64,000 nucleotides of DNA from an uncultured Desulfosarcina sp. (GTDB lineage: Bacteria > Desulfobacterota > Desulfobacteria > Desulfobacterales > Desulfosarcinaceae): the NCBI GenBank assembly GCA_963674945.2, contig CAXXWQ010000004.1, positions 2,848,001 through 2,912,000 on the forward strand. Reading direction: 5' to 3'. Within the stretch, counting starts at the first letter, position 1, and the number at the start of each line of letters is the position of its first letter. Shown piece by piece: positions 48,557-59,504 of this stretch. A program made the translations under genes and the position numbers. Below the pieces are notes generated by a model. The model worked only from the letters and a program-made list of their open reading frames with translations. It was not told the origin of the DNA and did not search any database.

Positions 48557-49930
48557 ATGAAAAGCAATATCGTTGTCGTGGACGATGATCGGGACTATCT
48601 GGAGGTTTTGGGAAGAAAACTTGCGCAGATCGGCCACAAGCAGGTCCGTCTGGAAGAAAGCGCCGTAAAGCTGGCAAAGGATGTAAAGGCTGGGCAAACC
48701 TATGACCTGGTGCTCATCGATATGACGATGCCGGAAATGGACGGAATGGCCTTGCTGGAAACCATCAAATCCTTCTCTCCCGCCACCGAATGCATCATGG
48801 TGACAGCCATCAACGAGGCGCGCGTCGCTGTGGAATGTTTGAACAAAGGGGCCTACGACTACCTGGTGAAACCCGTTGCCACCGAGGATCTATCCCTGTC
48901 CATCAAACGAACCCTGGAGCGAAAACGACTCTTGGACCTGTTGGACCTGGAAAAACGGGACGACCTTCCCACCCTGGAAAACGAAGCTCCTTTTCGGCCC
49001 ATCGTCACGCAATCCAAAAAGGTGCTGCGCATTCTAAAGGAGGCGGAGCTGCACGCTACCAGTTCGGTTCCCGTATTGATCACCGGAGAAAGTGGCACCG
49101 GCAAGGAGCTGTTGGCACGGGCCATTCATGGTGCCAGCCCCCGTTCCCAGTGCCCCTTTACACCGATCAACATGGCGTCGCTCACCAGCTCCCTTTTCGA
49201 AGCGGAGTTTTTCGGTCACACCAAGGGAGCTTTCACCGGGGCGGAAAGCGGCCGCGTCGGGTATCTGGAGTACACCAATGGGGGAACGTTGTTCTTGGAC
49301 GAAATCGGAGACCTGCCACTTCCGCTTCAGGGAAAGCTGTTGCGCGTTTTTCAGGACGGCGAATTCTCCAAACTCGGATCCAGTGCCCGGCAAAAGGTGG
49401 ACCTTCGCTTCATCGCTGCCACAAACGAGAACCTGGAGCAGATGATGTCCCAAAAACGCTTCCGCAAGGATCTCTACTACCGAATTCGGGGCGGCTGGCT
49501 TCACCTTCCCCCCCTTCGGGAGCGGCCCGAAGACATCTTTCTCCTGGCAAAAAAATTTTTGGAAAAGTACTACGACGTGCGTAAAGATGGTTTTATCGAA
49601 AAGAGCACCCTGGATCTGCTGCTTCGTTATCCTTACCCCGGTAACATACGTGAACTCAAGTCCATCCTGCAATCCGCCGTCAATCTGGCCAGGGGGGAAA
49701 CAATCCGGGACGCCCACCTGCCAACCCACATAACGGCGACATTGAAAGATTGTGTCGAAGAGGAGAAAGCGTTTGGGGCGGATGCCATCAAACCCCTGAT
49801 CGAGGTGGAAAAAGAGCACATTTTACATGCATACAAGCACACCGGCGAAAACAAATCCAAGACGGCAAGGCTCTTGGGCATCGGCCTCAACACCCTGCGC
49901 CGCAAACTGGCCGTATATGGTGTGGTGTAG
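48557..49930 (+). CDS. NtrC-family sigma54 response regulator
   Basis: Receiver domain, GESGTGKE, GAFTGA, PGNIREL, HTH. Confidence 0.9.
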   Translation: MKSNIVVVDDDRDYLEVLGRKLAQIGHKQVRLEESAVKLAKDVKAGQTYDLVLIDMTMPEMDGMALLETIKSFSPATECIMVTAINEARVAVECLNKGAYDYLVKPVATEDLSLSIKRTLERKRLLDLLDLEKRDDLPTLENEAPFRPIVTQSKKVLRILKEAELHATSSVPVLITGESGTGKELLARAIHGASPRSQCPFTPINMASLTSSLFEAEFFGHTKGAFTGAESGRVGYLEYTNGGTLFLDEIGDLPLPLQGKLLRVFQDGEFSKLGSSARQKVDLRFIAATNENLEQMMSQKRFRKDLYYRIRGGWLHLPPLRERPEDIFLLAKKFLEKYYDVRKDGFIEKSTLDLLLRYPYPGNIRELKSILQSAVNLARGETIRDAHLPTHITATLKDCVEEEKAFGADAIKPLIEVEKEHILHAYKHTGENKSKTARLLGIGLNTLRRKLAVYGVV

Positions 49931-50023
49931 GACAAGGTAAGAGATAAAACAAAAGACAGGTTTTGCCTTTTCCGTTTTGTTCCATGGATCTGGATGGAGA
50001 CTATCTAAGGAGACGGAGATCGA

Positions 50024-50575
50024 ATGAACATTAACACAAACCAACGCAACCGAATCGACGAAATCCTTCACGCCAATGGTTATACCGACTATAAATGGAT
50101 CGACCCGAAAAAAATTATCGTGGGCCAGTGGGTGCGCTTGAAGTGTATGTTCGGCTGCGTCGAATACGGTCGCAGTGGCGCCTGCCCGCCCAACACGCCC
50201 ACGGTGTCCGAATGTGAGCGCTTTTTCAAAGAGTACGACGATGCCATTATTATGCACTTCGAAGGCAAAATGGACAAACCCGAAGACCGTCACGCCTGGA
50301 GCGCAAAAATCAACGCCCGCCTGGTCAAGCTCGAACGGGCCGTCTTTTTGGCCGGTTACCACCGCGCCTTTCAACTCTTCATGGATTCGTGCTGTTTTTG
50401 TAAAACCTGTTCGGGCAGCCGGGAAACCTGCGAACAACCCCGCATGGCCCGACCCGCCCCCGAAGCCATGGCCGTGGATGTTTATGAGACCGTCCGTCAA
50501 TTCGGGTTCGAAATCAATGTGAAAACAGACTATGACCAAAAAATGGACCGATTTGCGTTTTTGATGGTTCAATAG
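50024..50575 (+). CDS. DUF2284-like metal-binding protein
   Basis: VRLKC.FGC..YG....CPP, CxxCxxC, ARPAPEA..VDV. Confidence 0.75.
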   Translation: MNINTNQRNRIDEILHANGYTDYKWIDPKKIIVGQWVRLKCMFGCVEYGRSGACPPNTPTVSECERFFKEYDDAIIMHFEGKMDKPEDRHAWSAKINARLVKLERAVFLAGYHRAFQLFMDSCCFCKTCSGSRETCEQPRMARPAPEAMAVDVYETVRQFGFEINVKTDYDQKMDRFAFLMVQ

Positions 50576-50661
50576 GGAAAACCGCGAAAACATCTGGCAC
50601 ACCGAATTGCGGACAGGGGGTTGCAAAGCGAGTTCGTCTCTGAACGTGATGGCTTTTTTCT

Positions 50662-51321
50662 TTAATTCAGCTTAAAGGACATGAACTTGATGGTCTTTTC
50701 CCGGGACCGGGCGGAACTCTCGAAAGCAGAAACCACCTTGCATGCTCCGAGAATGCCGTCAGCGGTTTTATGGAGATCACGATATGCTGCGATAACGCGC
50801 CCCCCCCATCGGTTCACCGATTCGCTGGTATAGTCAAAAAGCTGGTCGCTGTCCGTTTTCAGGTTCACCGTGCCCCCCGGCTTGAGCAGTTTCGCGTACG
50901 CCCTTAGGAAAGGAGGGGCGGACAGACGCAGGTGGCTTGCGCGATGCTTCGGATGGGGATCGGGAAAGGTCAGCCAGATTTCATCGATGGACGCTTTCGA
51001 GAAAAACGATTCGAGGCATTCGATACGGGCCCGGAGAAACTGGACGTTTTCAAGCCCCATGGCAATGGCCTTCTCCGCACCCACGCACAGGCGGTGACTT
51101 TTGCGGTCGACACCGACACAAAGGGAATTGGGATTGGCTGCGGCAAAGGCAAGACTGTGCTCGCCTTTGCCGCAACCCAGTTCGAGCACCCGCTTCATGT
51201 TGTCATACCGGTTATCATGCCAGGGATAGGAACCGGATGAAACAGACGAATGTGATGCTATGACGGTCACATTGGGCAGGTATTTCACGCGTTGGTACTT
51301 TTGGCGTTTGTTTTTCGGCAT
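50662..51321 (-). CDS. trmB: tRNA (guanine-N7)-methyltransferase
   Basis: LELGCGKG, FPDP.PK, RL, LKTD. Confidence 0.85.
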   Translation of the reverse strand: MPKNKRQKYQRVKYLPNVTVIASHSSVSSGSYPWHDNRYDNMKRVLELGCGKGEHSLAFAAANPNSLCVGVDRKSHRLCVGAEKAIAMGLENVQFLRARIECLESFFSKASIDEIWLTFPDPHPKHRASHLRLSAPPFLRAYAKLLKPGGTVNLKTDSDQLFDYTSESVNRWGGRVIAAYRDLHKTADGILGACKVVSAFESSARSREKTIKFMSFKLN

Positions 51322-51569
51322 GGATGGTTGTATTTTTGTTCGGGACCAATCCCAGACGATTTTGGCCCGAACCGTTTTAGGTTCAACGACAAGTAGAGAT
51401 ATATACGAAAATTCGATTGAAAATGGAACCATCGAGTGTCGGACCGGACAGATCGTTCTTTCTTTGCGGCGTAGTGTCTTCGCTTGAGGAAGAGACACCC
51501 ATAAAAACCATCGATTCAACGAAGGCAGGAAAAAGAGAGACCTTTTTAAAGGTCTCTCGGAAAAACCGT

Positions 51570-52001
51570 ATGAACATACTCAAGATTTTATTTCTCATCC
51601 TCGGCGCCATCTATCTTCTCGTCCCTAGCGATCTGCTGCCTGATTTTCTGGTTGGTTTCGGGTGGATCGATGATATCATCGTGATTGGTTTGCTTTGGTG
51701 GTATTACCGCCGATTCTCGCAACCCCAACGGCCCGTAAATCATTCCGATCGGGGAAGGGATTCGGCGGGAGAGGAAAAACACCGTAAAACAGATTCAGCG
51801 CGCAACAATTCAACGGATCCGTACTCGGTTTTAGGCATAGCCCCGGGAGCCTCCCCCGAAGAGATCAAAAGCGCATACCGCCGCCTCGCCGCCCAGTATC
51901 ATCCGGACAAGGTGCAGCATCTGGGAAAAGAAATTCAGGCCTTGGCCGAAGCACGATTTCGGGAAATTCAACAGGCGTATGATGCGCTTGTTTCTAAGTG
52001 A
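51570..52001 (+). CDS. DUF1232 membrane domain plus DnaJ domain protein
   Basis: YLL.P.DLLPDF..G.GWIDD; DPY.VLG...AYRRLA..YHPDK. Confidence 0.8.
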   Translation: MNILKILFLILGAIYLLVPSDLLPDFLVGFGWIDDIIVIGLLWWYYRRFSQPQRPVNHSDRGRDSAGEEKHRKTDSARNNSTDPYSVLGIAPGASPEEIKSAYRRLAAQYHPDKVQHLGKEIQALAEARFREIQQAYDALVSK

Positions 52002-52006
52002 GAAAA

Positions 52007-52237
52007 GGTTTGATTCTGGCAAAGGTCCGGGCCGATTGCGCCGAGAAGAAATTGGTAATACCTGCCATCTACCATGCCTACCTGCGTTGGCTCTAAACCC
52101 AGAGCATCACCGGCAACATCCTGGGCGCACAATCTGGACCGGATTGTATCCCGAAACAATGGATCGGAATTCTTGAACTGCGCGAACTCATCGTTGAAAT
52201 AGCCACAGATTTGGCAGAGCAGTACCCTCCAAATTAA
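52007..52237 (+). pseudogene. ADP-ribosylglycohydrolase-like remnant (not in the ORF track)
   Basis: Frame reads GLIL...YHAYLRWL*TQ joined to SITGNILGA..G...IP..W...LELRELI.EIA.DL...YP; internal TAA at 52094. Confidence 0.6.
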
Positions 52238-52325
52238 AAGAATACATACGCCCATATCTGAATATAAAGGTTATCCGTTGCTGTTTTTCTCGAAGGCTGC
52301 AGTGATATGATAAGGAGAACATCCC

Positions 52326-52577
52326 ATGGAAATCCCCATTGGTGTTGAGGTGATTTGCGGGACGGAGGTCTGCGGGCATTCGACCCGCCTTGTGATCAAC
52401 CCGGTAAACGACCAAGAGACCCACCTGGTCGTTGCAGAAAAACACTTCCCGAACACCGAACACCTGGTACCGGTTCGTCAAATCCTCGAATCTACTGCAA
52501 CATCGACCCAGTTACGATGCGGCCCGAAAGAGCTTGCCGGCATGGACCGGAAATGGAAATCATGTAGTTATCGATGA
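52326..52577 (+). pseudogene. Truncated PRC-barrel-like protein
   Basis: MEIPIG.EV.C...CG..T..VINP.....THLVV......LVPV; ends abruptly, overlapping the convergent gene; GGAG RBS. Confidence 0.5.
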
Positions 52578-53654
52578 AGGGGGCCCAGATTGCCAGAACG
52601 GCCGTGCTGCTTTGGCTGTCTGTTCAGGTGCCGTGAACGTGGCCATGTCGCCCAGCATCACCTCGAAGCCGGTAAGGTCACTGCGTACCCATGGTGCATA
52701 GTTGCCACGAACCGTGAGGACAACCCGCAACTCCAGTTCTGTGGATCCGTCGGCAAACAGAAGCAAACCCAAATTATAACCGTTGCGGTCGAGGCTTCGG
52801 TAAAATCGTTGTGCATTCAAAATACCCTGAACCAGGGTTTTCCAGTCATCGTCTTCGAGTTTACGAAAATCGGTTGCTTCCGGCAAAATCCCCCAGATCT
52901 CATAAAAGCCTTCCGGAGCAAAGGCGCAGAGCCACTGCCACGGACCGGTTTTTCCGACAAATCGGCTTTTCGATCGTTGTTCGTGTTTCAAATAATCCGA
53001 AAAAATTCGGGTGCCGAAACGCCGCAGATATTCGGTGGCCCGCTGTTTCAGGTACCGCTGGTGGTTTGACGAGATACGGTCGGCCTGGACCTGTAAATGA
53101 GGGTGGAGCAAAGATCCTCCTGCCGACGGCAGATGATTCTGGGTGATGGCCATGTAAACGGCTGCCGGATCATGGGACAGGACCCGTTTTAAATAATCCC
53201 TGCAATTGAGAAAGCAGTCCGTATAAGATCGATGGCTGGCCGCTGCGATCTCGACGAAATGGTTTTCATCGAAAAGGCTGACCGCAGAATAGCGGCCGTA
53301 TGGATAGAGATTGGGAAACAGCGTCGAACGACCCCTGATCAGGCGGCCTTCAGGACAAAGATCCGGATCGAGCCTCGGCGTATTGGCGGCGATATTTTCA
53401 CGACAGAAAGGGCAATGCGTGTTATCACCGGCAAACGGTGGAGGCATGGGAAGGACACTTGTGCCCGGTTCTTTTTCTTCACTTCGGCTAAATGTGATTC
53501 TACAGCTGCGGCCCGTGATCGGGTGGAAACGGATCTCGAAGGGTCGACATTGGACCTCGCCATTGGGAAGAACGATACGGGAGGAAAAGAGCTCCCGTTG
53601 AAAACAAAGCCCACAGATATCATGTTGGCCATTTTCACAGATTTTTTCCACCAT
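52560..53654 (-). CDS. GalT-like nucleotidyltransferase (HIT superfamily)
   Basis: R.HPITG, CPFC, FPNLYP, AGGSLLHPHLQ. Confidence 0.8.
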   Translation of the reverse strand: MVEKICENGQHDICGLCFQRELFSSRIVLPNGEVQCRPFEIRFHPITGRSCRITFSRSEEKEPGTSVLPMPPPFAGDNTHCPFCRENIAANTPRLDPDLCPEGRLIRGRSTLFPNLYPYGRYSAVSLFDENHFVEIAAASHRSYTDCFLNCRDYLKRVLSHDPAAVYMAITQNHLPSAGGSLLHPHLQVQADRISSNHQRYLKQRATEYLRRFGTRIFSDYLKHEQRSKSRFVGKTGPWQWLCAFAPEGFYEIWGILPEATDFRKLEDDDWKTLVQGILNAQRFYRSLDRNGYNLGLLLFADGSTELELRVVLTVRGNYAPWVRSDLTGFEVMLGDMATFTAPEQTAKAARPFWQSGPPSSITT

Positions 53655-53708
53655 GGGTTTTCCTCCGATACCGGACCGAACGAAAATTTCTTTTTGCGCA
53701 AAGATTGA

Positions 53709-54629
53709 TTATCGTTCCCCTCTTCGATAGGGCTCCCCCAGCATTGCCGGTGCATTGAGCCGCCGACTGTCACGCAAACCGCCCACAAGAAGAACGACCA
53801 AGGTCGCCAGATAAGGCAGCATGGCCAAAAAATTGGGGGAAATGCCCAAGGGTTGCAACAGATATTGAAGGACGAAAATCCCTCCGAAGAGAAAGGCGCC
53901 GAAAATGGCACGTAGGGGATTCCAAAGGGAAAAGATGGTCAGGGCGATAACGATCCAACCACGACCGGCGACCATTCCCTCGATCCATGATTTGCTGTAC
54001 GAAATGGATAGATGGGCGCCGGCCATGGCGGAAAAACCACCGCCGGTAATGATTGCCAAGTAACGAATCCGCGAGACATTGATTCCCTGTGCCTCCGTTG
54101 CTTTCGGATTTTCTCCGGCGGAACGAATGCGGATGCCCAAAAGCGTGTGTTCGAGCACGAACCACGCGCCGATGGCAAGCAGCACAGAAAGGTAGAAAAA
54201 AGGACTATGAGAAAAAAGCACAGGCCCGAACAGGGGAAGATCGGACAGATAGGGAATGGGCATGTCTTGGATCTTCACGGCCAGGGGTTTACCGACGAAG
54301 GGCTTGCCCAGCAAACCGGAAAGGCCCAGTCCCAACATGGCCAGGGCAAGGCCTGAAACCACCTGGTTGGATTGCAGCGTCACGGAGGCGAAAGCATGGA
54401 ACAGGGAAATGGCCATACCGGCGGCGATAGCCACACAAAGGCCAAGCCAAGGATCTCCCGTGTAGTGGGTTACGATAAACGCTGTCACGGCACCAATGGC
54501 CATAACCCCTTCGACACCCAGGTTGAGAATTCCCGATCGCTCACAGATGATTTCTCCGATGGTGCCGATTAAAAGTGGCGTCCCAGCCACAAGCGCTCTT
54601 TGCGCAACGGAAACGATTACATCCGTCAC
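53709..54629 (-). CDS. Nucleoside-type ABC transporter permease
   Basis: ERSGILNLGVEG, GENP, GRGWI..A. Confidence 0.88.
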   Translation of the reverse strand: MTDVIVSVAQRALVAGTPLLIGTIGEIICERSGILNLGVEGVMAIGAVTAFIVTHYTGDPWLGLCVAIAAGMAISLFHAFASVTLQSNQVVSGLALAMLGLGLSGLLGKPFVGKPLAVKIQDMPIPYLSDLPLFGPVLFSHSPFFYLSVLLAIGAWFVLEHTLLGIRIRSAGENPKATEAQGINVSRIRYLAIITGGGFSAMAGAHLSISYSKSWIEGMVAGRGWIVIALTIFSLWNPLRAIFGAFLFGGIFVLQYLLQPLGISPNFLAMLPYLATLVVLLVGGLRDSRRLNAPAMLGEPYRRGER

Positions 54630-54632
54630 GGA

Positions 54633-55733
54633 TTATCTCCTTTCTCCCCAATAAATCAGGACCGTGTTCTTGGTAAAAAAGTCTCCCATAATCAGGAAGA
54701 AAAGCAGGATTCCATTAAAGATATGAACTGTCGCCGCCGGCAGGCCGAGCGAAATCTGGATGGCATCCCCTCCGACGAGTATGCCAGAGAGGAATATACC
54801 CGAAAAAATAACATACATCGGATTGAGCTTTGCCAACCAGGCAACGATGATGGCCGTAAACCCATAACCGGAGGAGATCGAATCTGGATAACTCAGATAA
54901 TGATGAATCCCTGCCACCTCTCCAACACCGGCCAGTCCGGCCAGTCCGCCGGAAATCGCCATGAAGAGAATCGTGGTTCGCTCGAAATCGACGCCTGCAT
55001 ACTTTGCCGCATAAGGGTTCTCACCCATTACACGAACCTCGTATCCGAACCGGGTATTATAGACAATGATGGTCAAAAGAACTGCGGCGGCAATGGCCAG
55101 AATCAAAGTAACGAAATGGATCCGTGATCCGGGAAGAAGAGAAAGAATCGCAGAACTTGGAAGGTCGTCGGTATAGGGAAAACCAAACTTTTTTGCGCTC
55201 TTCCATGGACCGACGATGAGCAGGGTAAGAAATTCCGCGCAGATGTAATTGAGCATCAGCGTGGAAATCACCTCATTAATGGAAAACCGAAGTTTCAGGA
55301 TTGCCGGAATCATGCCCCAGAACGCACCGCCGATAAAACCGGCGAAGAACATCAAGGGAACGATTGCCGGTGCAGGAAGCGTAGGCCCCCAATTGAGTCC
55401 AACCCAGGTGCCCAGGATGGCCCCCAGGAGAAGCTGGCTTTCCGCTCCGATATTCCAGAATTTCGCCGTAAAGGCCAGCGCCAGGCCTGACCCGATGAGA
55501 ATCAGCGGAATGGCTTTGGTGATCGTCTCTTTAAAGCCGTAAACACTGCCGAAGGATCCTTGGAAAATTTTGATAAAGGCAAATAGCGGGTTCACGCCAC
55601 AAAGGAGAAAAATCATTCCGATGACCAACATGCCGATCGTCAGTGCCGAAACCAATATAAAAAAGGTACCGACTGCAGAAATCCTCTCTCTTTCCGTTAC
55701 CTTACAGTGAAGCATCAGCCTCTTTTCCTTCAC
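54633..55733 (-). CDS. Nucleoside-type ABC transporter permease
   Basis: WNIGAE.Q, NEVISTLMLNY, GYGFTAI. Confidence 0.88.
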   Translation of the reverse strand: MKEKRLMLHCKVTERERISAVGTFFILVSALTIGMLVIGMIFLLCGVNPLFAFIKIFQGSFGSVYGFKETITKAIPLILIGSGLALAFTAKFWNIGAESQLLLGAILGTWVGLNWGPTLPAPAIVPLMFFAGFIGGAFWGMIPAILKLRFSINEVISTLMLNYICAEFLTLLIVGPWKSAKKFGFPYTDDLPSSAILSLLPGSRIHFVTLILAIAAAVLLTIIVYNTRFGYEVRVMGENPYAAKYAGVDFERTTILFMAISGGLAGLAGVGEVAGIHHYLSYPDSISSGYGFTAIIVAWLAKLNPMYVIFSGIFLSGILVGGDAIQISLGLPAATVHIFNGILLFFLIMGDFFTKNTVLIYWGERR

Positions 55734-57246
55734 CGATACTTTTTGTTCCCGCCATCATCAAGCCGATCTCAGAAATCCGCGGATCATCTGCTTCGAGGGT
55801 TCCCATGAAACGTCCCTGAAAAATAACGGCGACTCGGTCGCATAGCTCGAAGATCTCATCCAAATCCTCGGAAATCAACAGCACTGCGCCACCTTCCGAT
55901 CTTCTCGTAAGGAGCTGATTCCGCAAATACTCCGTTGCCCCCACATCCAATCCGTAGGTGGGATGAGATGCGACCAAGAGGTCCGGCATGTCCGATATCT
56001 CACGACCGAGAATAAGTTTTTGGATATTACCGCCGGACAGATTTTTCGTCTGGATATGAATGGAAGGCGTGGCTACCTGATAGTCCGCAATCAATTTTTG
56101 TGTGTATGTCTTGATCTTATTCCATGCGAGAAATGATTTCTTGGAAAACTTTTTTTGATGGTGTTTTTTTAATATCGCATTTTCGTAAACGGAAAGGTTT
56201 GGTGCGATGCCGAATCGAATCCGTTCCTCCGGAACATGGGAAATGCCGATGTTGTGAATCGTCCTCGGCGTCTGGTTTGTGATATCGATTCCATTGATCC
56301 GAATCTTGCCACGGACGACACGCCGAAGCCCCGTAATCGCCTCGGCCAATTCGCGCTGACCGTTTCCGGACACACCCGCGATACCAAAAATTTCGTTTCT
56401 GTACACATCAAAGGAGACGCCGTCGACGACACGATTTCCCTTGTCTCCGTCGATGTATAAACCCTCTACATCCAACACCTTCTCTTTTCTTGGCAGTTTT
56501 TCTTTGGCAAAGGAAAAAACGACATCCCTTCCGACCATCATGCGGGCCATTTCACGCTTATCCAGGTTTTCGGCATCCGCATGTCCGACGACACGTCCCT
56601 GTCTAAGCACGACAACCCGATCGCATAATTTTTTAATCTCCTCGAGTTTATGGCTGATGAGAATAATCATCCGCCCTTCGTTTCTCATCTTTTCAAAAAT
56701 ATGAAAGAAATCGCGCGTTTCCTGGGGTGTGAGAACGGAAGTCGGTTCGTCGAGAATCAGCAACTCGGCACCATTGACCAGCGCCTTGATGATTTCAACC
56801 CGCTGCTGTTCGCCGGCGGATAGCTGCCAGACCTTTTTATCGGGGTCGATGTTGAAATTGAATTGTTCGGAAAAAGCGCGTATTCGTTCGCGGATTTTAC
56901 GTTGCGGGAAAAGCCCCGGCGCATGAATATATCCCAGGACAATATTTTCGATGACCGAGTGGTTTTGAATCAACATGAAATGCTGATGTACCATGCCGAT
57001 TCCATGGGTGATCGATGCCTTGGGAGAGTCGATGAATATCCGTTTGCCGTCGATCCGGATCTCTCCGCCATCGGGTTGATAAATCCCATACAGGATATTC
57101 ATCAACGTGGTTTTTCCGGCACCGTTTTCTCCCAATAGGCCGAGGATCTCCCCGGATGAGACGTGTAAACGGATTCGGTCATTTGCAACCACACCTTGAA
57201 AGGATTTGGATACATCTACCATTTCAAGGCTTTCAATTTTTCTCAT
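55702..57246 (-). CDS. ABC transporter ATPase (two NBDs)
   Basis: GENGAGKT, VHQHF, LDEPT, LSGGN.QK, PT.GLDVGA. Confidence 0.9.
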   Translation of the reverse strand: MRKIESLEMVDVSKSFQGVVANDRIRLHVSSGEILGLLGENGAGKTTLMNILYGIYQPDGGEIRIDGKRIFIDSPKASITHGIGMVHQHFMLIQNHSVIENIVLGYIHAPGLFPQRKIRERIRAFSEQFNFNIDPDKKVWQLSAGEQQRVEIIKALVNGAELLILDEPTSVLTPQETRDFFHIFEKMRNEGRMIILISHKLEEIKKLCDRVVVLRQGRVVGHADAENLDKREMARMMVGRDVVFSFAKEKLPRKEKVLDVEGLYIDGDKGNRVVDGVSFDVYRNEIFGIAGVSGNGQRELAEAITGLRRVVRGKIRINGIDITNQTPRTIHNIGISHVPEERIRFGIAPNLSVYENAILKKHHQKKFSKKSFLAWNKIKTYTQKLIADYQVATPSIHIQTKNLSGGNIQKLILGREISDMPDLLVASHPTYGLDVGATEYLRNQLLTRRSEGGAVLLISEDLDEIFELCDRVAVIFQGRFMGTLEADDPRISEIGLMMAGTKSIGEGKEADASL

Positions 57247-57353
57247 GGTGATCTTCGTTTCAACACCAAGGGGAGCGGACCGCACTTCGGCTCCCCTTCG
57301 CCAAAAAGGATATCCCTTTTCCTTTGCTCTATAATCGCTACCCCCATGGATGG

Positions 57354-58652
57354 CTATTTTGGAATCGTTCCGACGACATTGTCCACATAGTACATGATCG
57401 ATAGAAGATCTTCTTTGGTGGCTCTTTCACCCGATTTGATCTGAAGCTTTCCAGTATTGTCGGTGATGGGGCCCATATAGGGATCGAAAATGTCGGCTCC
57501 CTCTTTCATCTGCTCATACCGTTTGTACACCAAATCATAGACGGACAGGCTGCCGAAATCCGCGGTGTCCACCGTAACGGCTTTTAAATCCTTTTCGAAC
57601 TTGGGATTGATGGGGTGTTTGAAGTCACCGCCCAAAATGGCCGCCTTTTCGGCAACCAACCACCAGAGATCTTCATTGGTCCAGGTGCCTTGGTGAATAT
57701 CCGACAATATCTTTACGTACATGACACCCCAGTCCACCAGTTGCCCGGACACCACCGAATCCTTTCCATAGGGCTCCATGGGGCTATAATGGCTGAACGT
57801 GTAAATCTGCTTTCCCTTTGCCGTGTGTTCCTGCCCCACCTCGATGACGGCGGGGGTGTCCTCGGTAAAGGCAAGTGCGTCGCAGCCTTCTGCGACAAGG
57901 GCCTCGGCCGCTTCACGGGCCTTATCCGGACCATACCAGGCGTATGTCCATCTCACATGGACCTTGGCTTTCGGATTGACCGCCTTGATCCCCAAGGCGA
58001 AGGCATCGATATGGCGTACCAATTCAGGAATGGGAAACGCCGCAACATAACCGATTTTATCGGTTTTGGTCAGCGCACCGGCCATTACTCCGTTCAGGTA
58101 GTAGGCCTGATACAAATCGGCAAAATAGGTCCCGACGTTCTTTTCCCGTTTAAAACCGGAACAATGCATGAAAAGCTTGTCAGGATACCGTCGGCCCGCC
58201 TTTATGGTTTCATCCATGTACCCAAAGCTTGTTGTAAAAACCACATCGCATTTTTCTTCCTGGATAAAACGATCGATAATTCTGGCCGAATCCGCCTCGG
58301 CAACGGATTCAATATAGACCGTCTTCAACCATGGAAGTTGTTTTTCCGCAAATTTCCGGCCCACATCGTGGGCATGAGACCAGCCATAATCGCCCACCGG
58401 GCCCACATAGATGAACCCGGCTTTCAGCTGTTTTCCGGCAGCCTGTTTTGCCGGCTTTTCCTTGGCGATCGAATTTATTTGAGCGGACAGCATTTCCACC
58501 TGTTTGGAAAGCTCCTCGACCCGCTTTGTTAGGCCATCAACTCTTTTCGCAAGGTCTTTGTCCATATCGCGCTCTGTGCAGGAAATGCCACAAAAAAGAA
58601 AGAGGGACAAAAGCAAAAACAACAAAGTCTTTTTCCTGAACAACGTTTTCAT
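57354..58652 (-). CDS. BMP-family ABC substrate-binding lipoprotein
   Basis: Lipobox ISC; GFIYVGP.GD.GW..AH, TSFGYM; N-terminal coiled-coil extension. Confidence 0.88.
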   Translation of the reverse strand: MKTLFRKKTLLFLLLSLFLFCGISCTERDMDKDLAKRVDGLTKRVEELSKQVEMLSAQINSIAKEKPAKQAAGKQLKAGFIYVGPVGDYGWSHAHDVGRKFAEKQLPWLKTVYIESVAEADSARIIDRFIQEEKCDVVFTTSFGYMDETIKAGRRYPDKLFMHCSGFKREKNVGTYFADLYQAYYLNGVMAGALTKTDKIGYVAAFPIPELVRHIDAFALGIKAVNPKAKVHVRWTYAWYGPDKAREAAEALVAEGCDALAFTEDTPAVIEVGQEHTAKGKQIYTFSHYSPMEPYGKDSVVSGQLVDWGVMYVKILSDIHQGTWTNEDLWWLVAEKAAILGGDFKHPINPKFEKDLKAVTVDTADFGSLSVYDLVYKRYEQMKEGADIFDPYMGPITDNTGKLQIKSGERATKEDLLSIMYYVDNVVGTIPK

Positions 58653-59076
58653 TTTTTTCGCTCCTTCACAATGGTTATGAACTTCATTCTTCGGATCCCG
58701 GAAAAATCTGGTGGCTTGGTCAACCGTGAAGCTGACGCATGGGCACATGCGCATAACAAAATTTTGAATTTGACAAGAACGCATGAAAAAAATAAACATG
58801 CTGACAGAAATACAAGAGATAGCGTTATATGTTTCCCGGGGCGCTCGCTCCTCTTTTTACCATCATCTCTACGACATTCCTTTTCTTTAAGTCAATAGTA
58901 GTACCGGGGAATTGGAAATTTGTAGGAAAGATGCTGATTTTCTCATTATGATCTGTTTACTATTGACTTTATCACGATGTTATGGCTGTTTAAGTGGTTT
59001 ATGCAAATTCACATAGAGCTGGTTCTTTTATTCCAACACCGTCGTTACTACGATAAAATGCTTGATAGGAGGTAAT

Positions 59077-59487
59077 ATGTACGGGTTAGCAGCCATTGAG
59101 CAAGCCAACGGCTGGGCAATGGCAGGCGCAGGCGCCTGTATTGTGCTAAGTGGTTTGGCCGTGCTCTGCTTTCTGATTTCCTTGATCCCTCGCATTACCG
59201 GTGCCTTTGAAAAGAAGGAAACGTTACCTGCAGAACAAACGGCGGCGGTACCCGAAAGCAAAAAAACAATGGTGGAAGAAGAACCCAATGAATTGGATGC
59301 CACGTGTGCATGTTACATGGCGTTGACACAAGATCTGGGTGAGGCGTTTACCCTGGTCGATTTACATAAAAAGTCACGAAGCGCGGGACACCCCGATCCC
59401 CATCTTTCCGTCAATCGTCTCCGACAAGCCGGTCTGCTTGTTTGTGTCGGCGACGAACGATTTGCGTGGAAAACCCCATCCGAATAA
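59077..59487 (+). CDS. oadG: OadG-like Na+-decarboxylase gamma subunit with C-terminal extension
   Basis: Single N-terminal TM helix directly upstream of oadB; AGGAGG RBS. Confidence 0.6.
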   Translation: MYGLAAIEQANGWAMAGAGACIVLSGLAVLCFLISLIPRITGAFEKKETLPAEQTAAVPESKKTMVEEEPNELDATCACYMALTQDLGEAFTLVDLHKKSRSAGHPDPHLSVNRLRQAGLLVCVGDERFAWKTPSE

Positions 59488-59504
59488 AGAAGAGGGAAAT
59501 GTAA

